Assembly: GCA_047285805.1 (NCBI GenBank)
Contig: JBJBCN010000002.1
Location: 256,001-320,000 of the forward strand
Direction of reading: 5' to 3'
DNA length: 64,000 nucleotides
Source of the DNA: Synechococcus sp.
GTDB lineage: Bacteria > Cyanobacteriota > Cyanobacteriia > PCC-6307 > Cyanobiaceae
The notes below the pieces were generated by a model. It had not been told where the DNA came from, ran no database searches, and saw only the letters and a list, made by a program, of their open reading frames with translations. Shown here piece by piece: positions 50,490-61,515 of this stretch (position 1 is the first letter of the stretch; every line of letters begins with the position of its first letter). A program made the position numbers and the translations under genes.

Positions 50490-51172
50490 CGGTAGTAGCG
50501 CTGGGACAGCTCGTCCTCGGTGGCCCCCTGACGCCAAGCCCGCCGCAGGGAGGCATTACGTTGTGCCGTTTTCAGTACCCCATCCTGTCTCCAGCGGCGG
50601 CCATGGACCGCCAGCGGTAGGCCGAGAGGGCGGATCGGGGCCAGCGGTTGCAGCCGTTGGATCAGATCCAGGTCTTCCATCAGCGCAAGGGGGCGCATGC
50701 CGCCGGCCTGCTCGAGGAGTGCGCGTGGGAGCAGTAGCCCCTGATCGCCGTAGGGAAGGGTCCTTAGCTGGCAGCGCCAGTGGACGGCCCACTCGAGCAG
50801 CCGCAGGTTGAGGCCAGTAGCGGCGACCTGGAAGTCGAAGTACCAGGCGGCTGGTTCATCGGCCATGGCCCGCTCCACCCGCTTCCCCCACCCCGTGGGG
50901 AGTCGCGAATCGGCGTGTAACAGCAACAGCCAGGGAGCCGTTGCCGCCGTAATGCCGACCTGCAGTTGCCGTCCCCGGTTGGCAGCACTGCGCAGCACCT
51001 GGGCCCCAGCCCGTTGGGCGACCGCGGCGGTGTCTGGTTCAGGGCTGGAATCCACCACGATCGTCTCGCGCACCAGCCCGGTTGGTCCCTGCTGAAGGTC
51101 CGCCAGCAATAGGGGCAACCGCTCAGCCTCCATCAGCGTCGGGATGACCACCGCCAGGGAAGGCCGGCTCAT
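50486..51172 (-). CDS. GT2 glycosyltransferase (TIGR04283-like)
   Basis: VIPTL.E, LHADS, LPYGDQG and MEDLDL. Confidence 0.85.
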   Translation of the reverse strand: MSRPSLAVVIPTLMEAERLPLLLADLQQGPTGLVRETIVVDSSPEPDTAAVAQRAGAQVLRSAANRGRQLQVGITAATAPWLLLLHADSRLPTGWGKRVERAMADEPAAWYFDFQVAATGLNLRLLEWAVHWRCQLRTLPYGDQGLLLPRALLEQAGGMRPLALMEDLDLIQRLQPLAPIRPLGLPLAVHGRRWRQDGVLKTAQRNASLRRAWRQGATEDELSQRYYR

Positions 51173-51831
51173 GGCGGCGGCAACTGGCAGCGCCACCAGT
51201 CCTCGAGGTCCTGGCCTTCGTCGAGATCCTTCTGCTCCCGCAGCAGCTGCACCGGCAAGGCGCGTTGGGCCGCCGCCGCCAAGCTGGCTTGCAGCACCTG
51301 GCCCGTTCCCCAGGGGATGCCACTCATGAGGTGGGCGCCGGCCCACTGGAATCCAGCGCGGTTCAGGCCAATCAACCAGTAGCCCCCATCGCAGGCGGGT
51401 CCGATCACCAGGGGTGCGCTCAGCAGGGCCTCGGCGGCCGATTCCAGGTCCTGGGTTTCCAGGCCAGGCAGGTCCGTGCCGATGACGAGTACCCGTTCAG
51501 CCCCCGCCTGAAAGGCCCGCTGTAGTTGCCGTTGCATGCGGCAGCCCAAATTGCCGCTCCCCTGCGCGCTCAACTGCGCGCCCGGTGCGATGGGTTGCAG
51601 CTGCAGCTGCCAGCGTCGAAGGCCGCGGGGGCCCAGTCCGTCGACGGCGACCTCCAGGCTGTGCTCGTGCCGCTGGCTCCAGCTGCCGCCCACTTGCAGG
51701 CTGTGCTGGGTGAGCCGGCATTGCACCTGGGTCGCGCTCCAACGACCTGTCTGGCGGGCCAGGCGGCTTTTGCAGCGGCCGGGGGCTGGCCAGCGGGCCA
51801 TGACCACCAGCGTCAACGGGGCACTGGCCAT
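51169..51831 (-). CDS. DUF2064 / TIGR04282-like glycosyltransferase
   Basis: P.PG..K.RL, IGTDLP, GPA.DGGYWLIG and IPWGT. Confidence 0.85.
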   Translation of the reverse strand: MASAPLTLVVMARWPAPGRCKSRLARQTGRWSATQVQCRLTQHSLQVGGSWSQRHEHSLEVAVDGLGPRGLRRWQLQLQPIAPGAQLSAQGSGNLGCRMQRQLQRAFQAGAERVLVIGTDLPGLETQDLESAAEALLSAPLVIGPACDGGYWLIGLNRAGFQWAGAHLMSGIPWGTGQVLQASLAAAAQRALPVQLLREQKDLDEGQDLEDWWRCQLPPP

Positions 51832-51838
51832 TCCGCGC

Positions 51839-53032
51839 CTACTTTCCGCGCGGGAGTTCGGCGGGTTTGATCTGCAGGGTCAGGGTTCGTTCCTTGCGCT
51901 GGATCACGATCGCCAGGTTCTGGCCGACCCGGCCCTGGTCCACTGCGACCTGCACTTCAGAGGGGTTCTTCACGGGTTTGCCCCCAACCTGCTCGATCAG
52001 GTCACAGGCGCGCATGCCTCCCTTGGCGGCCGGGCTGCCTGGGATGACCTCCACGACGACGACCCCCTTGGTTTCCGGCAGGCGGCATTCGGCATCAGTA
52101 GCATTCACTTCCCGGGCCAGCTGGGGGGTAAGGGCCTGCAGGCGTACGCCGATATACGGATGGGAGGCTTGGCCGCGATCCAGGATTTGAGCGGCAATCT
52201 GGCGCCCAAGGTTGATCGGGATGGCAAAGCTCAGGCCCGCCCCTGGGGCCTGTCGGATGGCGGTGTTGATCCCAATGACCTGGCCCCGGTCATTGATCAA
52301 GGGGCCGCCGCTGTTGCCGGGGTTCACGGCCGCGTCGGTCTGGATGTAGGGGACCCGCTGCCCTTCGCCGAGGGCATTAGTCCGCTGTACGGCACTGATG
52401 ATGCCCAAGGTGACGGTGTTGTCGAGGCCGAGGGGGTTGCCAATCGCAATCGCCCATTCGCCCGGCCGCACGCTTTTGGAGTTGCCCAGGGGGGCTACCG
52501 GCAGGTTGGCGGCAGCCACCTTGACCACGGCGACATCGGTGATCGGGTCGGAGCCCAGCACCTTGCCTTTGAAGTTGCGCCCATCGGGCAGCGTCACGCC
52601 GACTTCATTGGTGCCCTCCACCACGTGGGCGTTGGTCAGGATCACCCCGTCCGAGCGGGTGATGAAGCCCGAGCCTTGCCCCTGCTGTTGCTGGACCGAC
52701 GGGCCGCTGCCAAAGAGTCCCCCCATCGGGTTGACCACCCGCCGCACCGTGTCGATGCGCACCACCGCCGGTCCCACTTTGTCGACGGCGTTGACCACAA
52801 AGCTTTTGCCCCCAGGCAGCGGAGCAGCAGCGGGGGCATCACTGACTTGAGCAGGATCACTGCCCTTGCCACTACTCCAGCTGGGCAGACGCAGCCCGGT
52901 GCCGTTGCAGCCGCTTAATCCCACGCCGAGCAGCAGGCAACCCAAGGCGACCTGGGGGCGAACGCCATGCATCAAACGGGTCATGCTGCGCGCGGGCGTG
53001 GGGCAGGTGTTCAGGCGCATCATCGGAGACAC
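51839..53032 (-). CDS. HtrA/Deg serine protease with PDZ domain
   Basis: TNAHVV, D.AV and GNSGGPL triad; lipoprotein-like N-terminus. Confidence 0.93.
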   Translation of the reverse strand: MSPMMRLNTCPTPARSMTRLMHGVRPQVALGCLLLGVGLSGCNGTGLRLPSWSSGKGSDPAQVSDAPAAAPLPGGKSFVVNAVDKVGPAVVRIDTVRRVVNPMGGLFGSGPSVQQQQGQGSGFITRSDGVILTNAHVVEGTNEVGVTLPDGRNFKGKVLGSDPITDVAVVKVAAANLPVAPLGNSKSVRPGEWAIAIGNPLGLDNTVTLGIISAVQRTNALGEGQRVPYIQTDAAVNPGNSGGPLINDRGQVIGINTAIRQAPGAGLSFAIPINLGRQIAAQILDRGQASHPYIGVRLQALTPQLAREVNATDAECRLPETKGVVVVEVIPGSPAAKGGMRACDLIEQVGGKPVKNPSEVQVAVDQGRVGQNLAIVIQRKERTLTLQIKPAELPRGK

Positions 53033-53077
53033 TGCCCTGAGAGACCACCCCTATATTCATGAACCCCAGGTGATGAC

Positions 53078-54484
53078 GTGACGGTGCAGCAGGGAGAAAC
53101 GCTGTGGCGTCACGTTCAGGCAGCACTCCAAGGGAACCTCTCCAAGCCCACCTTTGAGACCTGGATCCGTCCAGCGACCTGTGCCGCACTCCAGGGCAAC
53201 GAACTTCAGCTCCTCGCCCCCAACACCTTTGCCTGCGGCTGGCTGCGCAAGAACTACCTGAGCACCATCGCGGCGGTCGCCAGCGAGATCGCCGGTCGGT
53301 CGATCGCGGTCAGCGTGGAAGCCGGCGGCGAATCGGCCCAGGGCATCACCTTGAACGGTCAGCCCCCCACCACCGCCGGCGTGGACGCCGCCCCCGGCAC
53401 TCCCGCTCCCCAGCAACGCACCGCCACGGGCGAAGCCCCGCGCAAGTTGGCTCCGGGCCTGAACCCCCGCTACGTCTTCAACCGCTTTGTGGTCGGGCCG
53501 AACAGCCGCATGCCCCATGCGGCGGCCCTCGCCGTTGCCGAATCCCCCGGCCGTGAATTCAATCCCCTCTTCATCTGCGGTGGCGTTGGTCTGGGCAAGA
53601 CCCACCTGATGCAGGCCATCGGTCACTACCGCCTTGAGATTGACCCTGACGCCCGCGTCGCCTACGTCAGCACCGAGACCTTCACCAACGATCTAATCCA
53701 AGCCATCCGCAAGGACGGCATGCAGAAATTCCGGGACCGCTACCGGGCCGCCGATCTTATCCTCGTGGATGACATTCAGTTCATTGAAGGCAAGGAATAC
53801 ACCCAAGAAGAGTTCTTCCATACCTTCAATGCCCTGCATGAAGCCGGGCGCCAGATCGTCATCGCCAGCGATCGCCCCCCCAGCCAAATTCCCCGGCTGC
53901 AGGAGCGCTTGATCTCACGCTTCTCGATGGGCCTCATCGCCGACATCCAGACCCCGGATCTGGAAACACGGATGGCGATCCTGCACAAAAAGGCTGAGCA
54001 CGAGCGGGTCAGCCTGCCCCGGGACTTAATCCAATACCTGGCGGGTCGCTTCACATCCAACATCCGTGAACTTGAGGGTGCCCTGACCCGTGCCGTCGCC
54101 TTCGCCTCTATCACGGGCCTACCAATGACTGTGGAATCGGTCGCGCCGATGCTCGATCCCGCGGGCGTCGAGGTCGAGGTGACCCCTGAGCAAGTCCTTA
54201 GCAAGGTGGCCGAGGTCTTTGGTGTCGGCGTCGATGAAATGAAGAGCGCCAGCCGCAAACGGGCCGTCAGCCAAGCCCGTCAGGTGGGCATGTATCTGAT
54301 GCGTCAGGGCACCAACCTCTCCCTACCGCGCATTGGCGATGCCTTTGGTGGAAAAGATCACTCCACGGTGATGTACGCCGTCGAGCAAACCGAGAAGAAG
54401 CTTGCGGCGGATCCCCAGCTGGGTCGCCAGGTGCAGCATGTGCGCGATCTGCTGCAGATCGACTCCCGCCGCCGCACCCGCTAG
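53078..54484 (+). CDS. dnaA: Chromosomal replication initiator
   Basis: [24 protein letters not shown] and GGKDHSTV. Confidence 0.97.
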   Translation: MTVQQGETLWRHVQAALQGNLSKPTFETWIRPATCAALQGNELQLLAPNTFACGWLRKNYLSTIAAVASEIAGRSIAVSVEAGGESAQGITLNGQPPTTAGVDAAPGTPAPQQRTATGEAPRKLAPGLNPRYVFNRFVVGPNSRMPHAAALAVAESPGREFNPLFICGGVGLGKTHLMQAIGHYRLEIDPDARVAYVSTETFTNDLIQAIRKDGMQKFRDRYRAADLILVDDIQFIEGKEYTQEEFFHTFNALHEAGRQIVIASDRPPSQIPRLQERLISRFSMGLIADIQTPDLETRMAILHKKAEHERVSLPRDLIQYLAGRFTSNIRELEGALTRAVAFASITGLPMTVESVAPMLDPAGVEVEVTPEQVLSKVAEVFGVGVDEMKSASRKRAVSQARQVGMYLMRQGTNLSLPRIGDAFGGKDHSTVMYAVEQTEKKLAADPQLGRQVQHVRDLLQIDSRRRTR

Positions 54485-54487
54485 GCG

Positions 54488-55435
54488 TTAACCGGTAATC
54501 GGCTCACTGGGGTCGAGGCCTTCGACTTCACCGGAGAAGACGCGGCTGGCGGCTATGTCATCCGCTTCGATCGTCATCAGATCCAGCTTGGTGAGCTGAC
54601 TGCTGTTCATCCAATTGAACAGACGATTGGCCTGGCGCATCCGTGCACGATCGATCGCATTGCGAATGGAGCGGGCATTGGCAAAGAACGGCAGTTGCAT
54701 GCGCCGATCGATGTAATCCGCGAAGGCCGCCAGGGCCTCATCGCTGAAGCGGTAGTTCTCCTCCGCGAGGATCAACCGGGCAATCGCGAGCAGCTCGGTC
54801 GCGCTGTAATCCGGGAAATCAATGTGATTGGCGACCCGGGAGGACAGGCCTGGATTGCTTTGGTAAAAGACATCCATGCGCTCCTTGTAGCCCGCAAAGA
54901 TGACGACGAGATCATCGCGGTTGTTCTCCATCACCTGAAGCAGGATCTCGATCGCCTCCGCGCCATAGTCCCGCTCGTTCTCAGGGCGATAGAGGTAATA
55001 GGCCTCGTCGATGAACAGCACCCCGCCCATCGCTTTTTTGAGCATCTCCCGCGTTTTCGGTGCGGTGTGGCCGATGTATTGCCCGACCAGATCATCCCGG
55101 GTGGCAGTGACCACATGGCCTTTGCGTACGTAGCCGAGCTTGTGCAGGATTTGCGACATTCGCTTGGCCACGGTCGTCTTGCCCGTGCCCGGCCTACCCG
55201 TGAAGGACATGTGCAGGCTGGGGGCCGTCGTGGAGAGCCCTACCTGCTTGCGTGCGCGATCGACGACCAGCAGGGCCGCGATTTCACGGATCCGCGTTTT
55301 GACAGGTTTGAGGCCGATCAGCTCCTGGTCGAGTTGATCGAGAACGTCCTGGACCTCGGCCCCTTCGTAGGCGGCCTGGAGATCAACCGGCGTGCTGTCG
55401 GGCTGCTCAGACGAGGCCATCGATGGCAGCGGCAA
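54488..55435 (-). CDS. cbbX: CbbX AAA+ Rubisco activase
   Basis: [21 protein letters not shown] and FIDEAYYL. Confidence 0.93.
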   Translation of the reverse strand: MPLPSMASSEQPDSTPVDLQAAYEGAEVQDVLDQLDQELIGLKPVKTRIREIAALLVVDRARKQVGLSTTAPSLHMSFTGRPGTGKTTVAKRMSQILHKLGYVRKGHVVTATRDDLVGQYIGHTAPKTREMLKKAMGGVLFIDEAYYLYRPENERDYGAEAIEILLQVMENNRDDLVVIFAGYKERMDVFYQSNPGLSSRVANHIDFPDYSATELLAIARLILAEENYRFSDEALAAFADYIDRRMQLPFFANARSIRNAIDRARMRQANRLFNWMNSSQLTKLDLMTIEADDIAASRVFSGEVEGLDPSEPITG

Positions 55436-55661
55436 AGGCGTGGTCAGCCTCGCCGATGCTGCCCCCCTCCTCTTCGGGCCGCAGGGTGATGTTCACGTAT
55501 GTACGCCCAAAACTGATGTCGGGGTAGCGCCCTTCCTGCTCGCAGAAGTCGTTGAGGCGATCGAGAAAGGCCCTATTGCCTGCGTAGTCTTCGAATTCAA
55601 TCCGCCGCTCCAGCCACTCGACGCGATCGGGCTTGGGCCGGGGGTTCCAAAGATGATCCAT
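55407..55661 (-). CDS. Pterin-dehydratase-like carboxysome-associated protein (acRAF/Raf2-like)
   Basis: LERRIEF.DY...FLD.L...[15 protein letters not shown]; position in the cso cluster. Confidence 0.85.
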   Translation of the reverse strand: MDHLWNPRPKPDRVEWLERRIEFEDYAGNRAFLDRLNDFCEQEGRYPDISFGRTYVNITLRPEEEGGSIGEADHAFAAAIDGLV

Positions 55662-55670
55662 GGTTTGAAC

Positions 55671-56813
55671 CTACGCCGCGAGGCAGTCGGTCCGGCCAAT
55701 GACCAGCCGCGCTGCCCAAGAGGCGGCGTAGGCCCGGTTGGCCTCCTGTTCCTCCGGGTTACTGGTGTTCAAGGCATGGGGCATAGTGCCGCTGATGGCC
55801 GCGTTGGTAACGCAGAACATCGACTTCTGGAAGCTGCGGCAGATCTTTTCGCGTACATCCCCCTCGCCTCGGGTGCGCTCCCAGTACCACTTGTGCAGGC
55901 GCTGTGGCAGATGGCGGTACATGTCCTGCATCAGTAGGCTCGGCGGAACCCCCGCACCCATCGTGGGCAGGGGATCAGCGTAGAGAGCGCCGTAGGTGAA
56001 GGTCGCCTGGTCCGGTGAGATCTGCTGGGCCTGGGCGTTGTAGCTGACGGTGCCAAGGAAGGGCATGCCCCGCAGGAAGACCGCTTCGACGTAGGGCACT
56101 GCCACATCCACCAAGAAGGTGAGCTTGGCCTCGGGCGGCAAGATCCAGAACTGTTCCCCGCCGATCTTCACGCCATATTCGATCGGGTTGGCTGCGGCGG
56201 CCACCAGTCCCTGTTTGATGAAGTCGACCACATCCGGGATCGAGCGCACAGCGCCAGAGTGCTCGGCCTTGGCCAGATCGATAAACAAATCGCTCATCAC
56301 ACGCCAGAACTGACCGAGGGCATGGGTCGTGGCGGCGTTGCGGATCAGTTCACTCAGGAAATCCGGGAAGAGCGGATGCAGGATCGCCAGCAGCGGGTCG
56401 CGCCGGCGCTTGGCGGCGATGATCGCTTTGCAGTTCTCGTCGAAGGCCTCACTATCGAAGTAGGCATCCATTCCGCCGGTGGCATGCCAGAGCATGCCTT
56501 TCATGCAGTACTCGGCGTACTCGAAGTTGATCCGGTCGTGGTTGAGGTGGCGCCAGATCTTCGCGGGGCTGAGGTCCCCGTCGAGGTACTTGAAGATCGG
56601 GAATGGATTAAGGAACTGATGTTCCCCTTGGTAGATCAGGTTCTTGCTATAGGCATCGAGCACTTCGCCATAGCTCTCGAGCACATCGACCACCTCGATG
56701 AGATGATCGGGGGTATCGCTCAGGAGGGTCTCACCGCCGAGCAGCTTGGCGGTGATCTGCTCGGTGTCGAGGCCGGGATTGCTGTGAACCAGCTCGGCAG
56801 GAATAACAGGCAT
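55671..56813 (-). CDS. chpX: CO2 hydration protein ChpX (CupB)
   Basis: DRINFEYAEYCM and GTVSYNAQA motifs; follows ndhF4-ndhD4. Confidence 0.88.
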   Translation of the reverse strand: MPVIPAELVHSNPGLDTEQITAKLLGGETLLSDTPDHLIEVVDVLESYGEVLDAYSKNLIYQGEHQFLNPFPIFKYLDGDLSPAKIWRHLNHDRINFEYAEYCMKGMLWHATGGMDAYFDSEAFDENCKAIIAAKRRRDPLLAILHPLFPDFLSELIRNAATTHALGQFWRVMSDLFIDLAKAEHSGAVRSIPDVVDFIKQGLVAAAANPIEYGVKIGGEQFWILPPEAKLTFLVDVAVPYVEAVFLRGMPFLGTVSYNAQAQQISPDQATFTYGALYADPLPTMGAGVPPSLLMQDMYRHLPQRLHKWYWERTRGEGDVREKICRSFQKSMFCVTNAAISGTMPHALNTSNPEEQEANRAYAASWAARLVIGRTDCLAA

Positions 56814-56814
56814 T

Positions 56815-58323
56815 TCAGCTCACTCCCATCGATTGCAGGGCTAAGGCGGTGATCGAGTTCTCGCTCAGGTAGCTGAGGCCAAACGGTAAGAGGCCAAGTC
56901 CAACAATCGCTGCCGCTAGGGCGATGGCCGGATAGGTCTCCCTCGGAGCAACCGGTGCCAGTTGTACGTCCAAGCGTGCGTCCTTTATCGGGTCGTCGCT
57001 GTCCGGGGTAATCGAGAGACGGCCGAAGAAGGCACGGTTCACCAGTAGCAGGAAGTAAACAGCCGTCAGACCCGAGCCAACCATCGAGAGAAGGGTGGCG
57101 ACAGGGAAGGCCGCGATGCTGCCGCGGAACACCAGGAACTCGGAGATGAAACCAGCCATGCCCGGCAAGCCAGCGCTGGCCATGACCGCCAGGATCATCA
57201 GGGTTCCGGTCAAGGGGAGACCCTTCTCTGGACTCAACAAACCATGGAGGACCTTTAGATCGCGGGTGCCGGTCTTGCGGTAGACGATTCCCACCAGCAG
57301 GAACAGGAGAGCCGAAATCAGACCGTGGGCCACCATCTGAAAGACGGCTCCAAGCAAGCTGATCGGAGTATTGGCTGCGGCAGCTAAGAGCACATAACCC
57401 ATGTGGCCGACCGAGCTGAAGGCCACCATCCGTTTCATGTCGGTCTGAGCGATGGCGGCCAGGGAGCCATAGAGCACGGAGATGGCCGCCCAGATGGCCA
57501 ATCCCGGGGCGAGTTCAGCCCAAGCTTCCGGGAAGAGCTGGAGGCCAAAGCGCAGTAGGCCATAGGTGCCGAGTTTCAGCAGCACACCCGCTAGCAGTAC
57601 AGAGACCGGCGTGGCTGCCTGGGTGTGGGCATCCGGCAGCCAGTTGTGCAGGGGCACCAGGGGTATCTTGATGCCAAAGCCCAGCAGGATCGCCACCAGT
57701 AGAACGATTTGACCGCCCATGGCCAGGCGATCGGAGAGGACCGGGGTGATGCTGAAGTCGACGCTACCGGTAAGCAGGGCTAAGCCCAGGAAGGCGCCGA
57801 GGATCAACATCCCGGAGATGGCCGTGAAGATCAGAAACTTCGTGGCGGCATAAGTCCTGTTCGCTCCGCCCCAAACCGAGATGAGCAGCCAGAGCGGGAT
57901 CAGCTCCAGCTCATAGAAGAGGAAAAAGAGAAGCAGGTTGTCGGCGATGAACGCGCCATTCACGGCACCGCTGATCAGCAGCAGCATCGCGAAATAAATC
58001 CGCGGCCTTCGTTCGATATCACGGGTGATGACAGCCGAAACCAAGGTCAGGGCGGCATTGATCAGCACCAACGGCAGGGAGAGGCCGTCGATCCCGAGGG
58101 AATAATCCAGACCGATGCCCGGTAGCCAGCTGTGGAATTCCTTCAGCTGCATCCCGGCAATGCTGGGATCGAACTGGACGGTGATCACCAGGCTGGCCAC
58201 CAGCTGGACCACAAGGATGGCGATCGTGATTAGGCGCAGCCGTCCTAGGGGTTGGTCCCCAGGCCAGAGCAGCAGGACGGCGGTCCCCAGGAAGGGGATC
58301 AGAAGTAGAGAACTCAGCAACAT
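56815..58323 (-). CDS. ndhD4: NDH-1 subunit D4 (CO2 uptake)
   Basis: NuoM-type motifs (IKIPLVPLHNWLPDAH, LLKLGTYG); gene context. Confidence 0.88.
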   Translation of the reverse strand: MLLSSLLLIPFLGTAVLLLWPGDQPLGRLRLITIAILVVQLVASLVITVQFDPSIAGMQLKEFHSWLPGIGLDYSLGIDGLSLPLVLINAALTLVSAVITRDIERRPRIYFAMLLLISGAVNGAFIADNLLLFFLFYELELIPLWLLISVWGGANRTYAATKFLIFTAISGMLILGAFLGLALLTGSVDFSITPVLSDRLAMGGQIVLLVAILLGFGIKIPLVPLHNWLPDAHTQAATPVSVLLAGVLLKLGTYGLLRFGLQLFPEAWAELAPGLAIWAAISVLYGSLAAIAQTDMKRMVAFSSVGHMGYVLLAAAANTPISLLGAVFQMVAHGLISALLFLLVGIVYRKTGTRDLKVLHGLLSPEKGLPLTGTLMILAVMASAGLPGMAGFISEFLVFRGSIAAFPVATLLSMVGSGLTAVYFLLLVNRAFFGRLSITPDSDDPIKDARLDVQLAPVAPRETYPAIALAAAIVGLGLLPFGLSYLSENSITALALQSMGVS

Positions 58324-58326
58324 CGA

Positions 58327-60186
58327 TTAACCTCCCCGTCCGAGCTGGAGCACACCGAGCAGCAAGACAATCGCCAGCAAAACCGTGAGCACATAGCTCT
58401 GGCTCTTGCCGCTTACGCTGAGCTTGAGTCCATTGGCTGTGGCCATCGAGAGGTTGCCGACACTATCGGCCATGGCCTTGATCACCTTCAGGTCAACCCA
58501 ACGGGTTAATTGCGCGAGGTTGGCCACGAGGCTGACCACCGTGCGCTTGTAGATCTCAGGTGTGTAGAAGTCGTAGGCCAGCAGGTCCTGCAGGGTTCGA
58601 ATCCACGGCGTTGTGGAACGGGACCAGAACTGATTGAGAGGAACGAGAGCTCCAATCACCACGCCGACCAGACCGGAGACCGAGACCACAACGGCCACCG
58701 GAATACTGAAGGAAGCGATCCCTGGTACGGGATCGATGCGCTGCATCATCGCGGGCAGCAACAGGACGATCACGCTCAGGCTGACCATTGGCAGGGCCAT
58801 CAACCAGTTGACCTCAGGCGCACGCTTGGTCTTCGGCAGGGGTTGGCCAAGGAACAAGGAGCGATAGACACGGGTGGAGTTCGTGGCTGTGAGCAGATTC
58901 GTGAGCAAGAACACCAACGCAAAGCCCGGGGCCCGGTCCTGGAGGCTGTTGACCATGAGGCCGTAGCACCAGAAGGATCCCAGGGGCAGGAGTCCAACTA
59001 CACCGGCGCTGCCGATGATGAAGGCCAAGGATGTGGCTGGCATGCGGGTGCCGATCCCGCCCAGTTCGGTCAGGTCCTGACAGTTGGTGGTGGCGATGAT
59101 GCTTCCAACGCCCATGAATTGCAGTGCTCGGGCCAGGCCATGGGCAAAAAGTAAGAGCAGAGCAATGCCGGGCAGCTGGAGGGCGATTGCGATGAAGACA
59201 AGACCCAGATATGAGGTTGTCGAATAACTGAAGACGCGTTTGAGGTCGACCTGGGCCAGGGAGACCAGCGCGCCGCCAATTGCACTGATCGCTCCCACCG
59301 TCAACAACACGTCTGTTGCAACGGGAGAGAGCCGAACGATCGGCATCAGCTTCATGAGCACAATCGCGCCGCAGGTCACCACGACGGAATTCCTCAGGAT
59401 TGAGGCCGGGTTCGGTCCTTCCATGGCTTCATCGAGCCAGAGGTGCATTGGGAATTGGGCACATTTGCCCATCGGACCTGCGATCAGACCCAGACCCAGC
59501 AGGCTGATGCCGACCGGTCCGAGGGCACCAGTTCCTTTGAGGTTGCCGGCCCAGTCATAGAGGTCGGTGAACTCCATCGAACCTGCAAAGGCTGAGAGTG
59601 CGACCACCCCCATCAACAACAGAACATCACCAACGCGTTTAGTCAGGAAGGCGTCGCGGGCGGCGGTCACGACCAAGGGCTGGGCGTACCAGAACCCCAC
59701 CAGCAGGTAGGTCGAGAGAGTGAGCATTTCCAGGAGGAAATAGCTCATAAAAAGGTTGCTGCTGAGAACCACACCGCTCATGGCCCCTTCGAAGAAACCG
59801 ATCAGGGCGTAGAAGCGGGCCAAGGACCACTCTTTATCGAGGTAGCCCAGGGCATAGACCTGGCAGATCAGGCTCATCGTCGTGACGAACTCCAGCGCAG
59901 CCAGGTTCGTCAGCGAGAGATCGAAGCCAATGCGCAAATTCAAGTCAGCGGCCTGGAACCAGGCCACATCGACATGCTGCGGTCCGATCTCGTAGACCGA
60001 GCGGATTACCAGGCTGCCGTGGATAACGGCGAACAACGTGACCAGAAGATTGAGGTAAGCCGCCGGACGGGGCCCGTTTCGCTTGATCCAACCCGTCGCC
60101 CAGGGCAACGACAGGAGCATCCCACTGAACCCGTAGATCGGGATCAGCCAGATCAGTTGCAGGGGGAGGGGTAGAGCGGCGCTCAA
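58327..60186 (-). CDS. ndhF4: NDH-1 subunit F4 (CO2 uptake)
   Basis: NuoL-type motifs (GKCAQFPMHLWLDEAMEGPNPAS); gene context. Confidence 0.88.
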   Translation of the reverse strand: MSAALPLPLQLIWLIPIYGFSGMLLSLPWATGWIKRNGPRPAAYLNLLVTLFAVIHGSLVIRSVYEIGPQHVDVAWFQAADLNLRIGFDLSLTNLAALEFVTTMSLICQVYALGYLDKEWSLARFYALIGFFEGAMSGVVLSSNLFMSYFLLEMLTLSTYLLVGFWYAQPLVVTAARDAFLTKRVGDVLLLMGVVALSAFAGSMEFTDLYDWAGNLKGTGALGPVGISLLGLGLIAGPMGKCAQFPMHLWLDEAMEGPNPASILRNSVVVTCGAIVLMKLMPIVRLSPVATDVLLTVGAISAIGGALVSLAQVDLKRVFSYSTTSYLGLVFIAIALQLPGIALLLLFAHGLARALQFMGVGSIIATTNCQDLTELGGIGTRMPATSLAFIIGSAGVVGLLPLGSFWCYGLMVNSLQDRAPGFALVFLLTNLLTATNSTRVYRSLFLGQPLPKTKRAPEVNWLMALPMVSLSVIVLLLPAMMQRIDPVPGIASFSIPVAVVVSVSGLVGVVIGALVPLNQFWSRSTTPWIRTLQDLLAYDFYTPEIYKRTVVSLVANLAQLTRWVDLKVIKAMADSVGNLSMATANGLKLSVSGKSQSYVLTVLLAIVLLLGVLQLGRGG

Positions 60187-60279
60187 ACTGATTAAGAATT
60201 GGGCCGCCGAAAGCGGCTTCGGCGGCGGAATCTAGGCGCTTCTGATGCCAGTTGACGAACCCAGAAGCACTGAAGCAAC

Positions 60280-60792
60280 TCAGAAGCTGGCGCGTTCGTG
60301 CAGGGTTCTGCGACGACGGGTGCCGTAACTGCCATACCCACGGGGACGGCGACCACCGAGCTCCTTGAGCCAGGTCTCAAGGTCCTGCATGTGGTGCTGT
60401 TCGTCGTCCAGCAGGGTCTGGAAGAAGGCCGCGTTGTTCTGGTCGTTAAGGAGACGACAAAAGCGCACGGCTTCGTCGTAGTGGCTGACGAGTTGCTGCT
60501 CCAGGTCAGCGTTCTGCTCGAGCAGTCCCACCAGATCGGGGGCGTGGGTCACCGGTTGCAGTTGGGAGGCTGCAGGTGCCACGCCAAGGGAGAGCATCTG
60601 CTGGACGATCCGCTCAGCGTGCCCCATCTCCTCTACGGTTTCCTGGCGGAACCGTTCGGCCGATGCCTCATCGCCCCAGAGCCCCACGAGGGAGGCCTGG
60701 GTCATGTACTGCTGAACAGCGGTCAGCTCAAGGCTGAGGGCACTCCCCAGAAAACCAAGGACGCGCGGATGATGGATGGCGTCCATGGTCAT
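60280..60792 (-). CDS. Bacterioferritin-like protein of the cso cluster
   Basis: ELTAVQQY, EEMGHA and DEQHH ferritin-fold motifs. Confidence 0.82.
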   Translation of the reverse strand: MTMDAIHHPRVLGFLGSALSLELTAVQQYMTQASLVGLWGDEASAERFRQETVEEMGHAERIVQQMLSLGVAPAASQLQPVTHAPDLVGLLEQNADLEQQLVSHYDEAVRFCRLLNDQNNAAFFQTLLDDEQHHMQDLETWLKELGGRRPRGYGSYGTRRRRTLHERASF

Positions 60793-61433
60793 CAGGCCCG
60801 GCGGTTGTTGGTGCTGGCCAGGGCGGGCTCGACTTCGGCGTGGGGGCGGGCAATGATGTGGGCGGCCACCAGGCCGTCACCCACGCGCTCGCAGGCGTCG
60901 GCGCCAGCGCGAACGGCGGCGTTTACAGCACCGGTTTCACCACGTACCAGCACGGTGACGTAACCACCACCGACGAACTCGCGACCGATCAGGGTCACTT
61001 CAGCTGCCTTGGTCATGGCATCAGCCGCTTCGATCGCGGGCACCAGACCTCGGGTCTCGATCATGCCGAGAGCGATGCCTTGAACGGAAGAAGCCATGGG
61101 GGAGGTGCTTGTGGAGGGGGTGGAGCGGTTGCCGCCGGAGCCCGAGCCGGAGGCGGAGGAACGAGAGGCTGCAGCGCGGGTGTTGCGACGGGCGGCCGGA
61201 GCCGCCTTCGCAGCGGAGCTGGCCGCGGTTTTCGCGGGGGTCGAGGCGACCGTTTTGGCGGTCACCGTCACGGGGGCAGACGCTGCCGCCCGGGCGGGGG
61301 TGCTGGCCTTGGCCGCCGCGGCGGGGATCGCGGTCACCGAAGTGGTCCCGGCCGCAGGCTTGGCGGCAGCAGGCTTAGCGCTGGATTCGGCGCTCGCCGA
61401 AGTGCTGGTGGCTCGGGATCGTGGTGTGGCCAT
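60792..61433 (-). CDS. csoS1E: BMC shell protein with low-complexity N-terminal extension
   Basis: Ala/Ser/Thr-rich N-terminus plus GIALGMIETRGLVPAIEAADAMTKAA BMC domain. Confidence 0.85.
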   Translation of the reverse strand: MATPRSRATSTSASAESSAKPAAAKPAAGTTSVTAIPAAAAKASTPARAAASAPVTVTAKTVASTPAKTAASSAAKAAPAARRNTRAAASRSSASGSGSGGNRSTPSTSTSPMASSVQGIALGMIETRGLVPAIEAADAMTKAAEVTLIGREFVGGGYVTVLVRGETGAVNAAVRAGADACERVGDGLVAAHIIARPHAEVEPALASTNNRRA

Positions 61434-61515
61434 GACGGTGATGGGCTAAGCCCGGTTGATGGTCGCTGGTGGAAACGGAATGGACCCAGGCTGGCTGGGA
61501 GGAACGCGGGGCTCC

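Noticed and set aside
45827..52918. Long alternative ORFs (45827-46732, 47715-48686, 49287-50537, 51536-52918)
   Set aside because: Shadow ORFs antisense or out of frame to well-supported genes in GC-rich DNA
61100..61433. Ala/Ser/Thr-rich low-complexity stretch as a novel repeat
   Set aside because: It is the expected disordered N-terminal extension of CsoS1E
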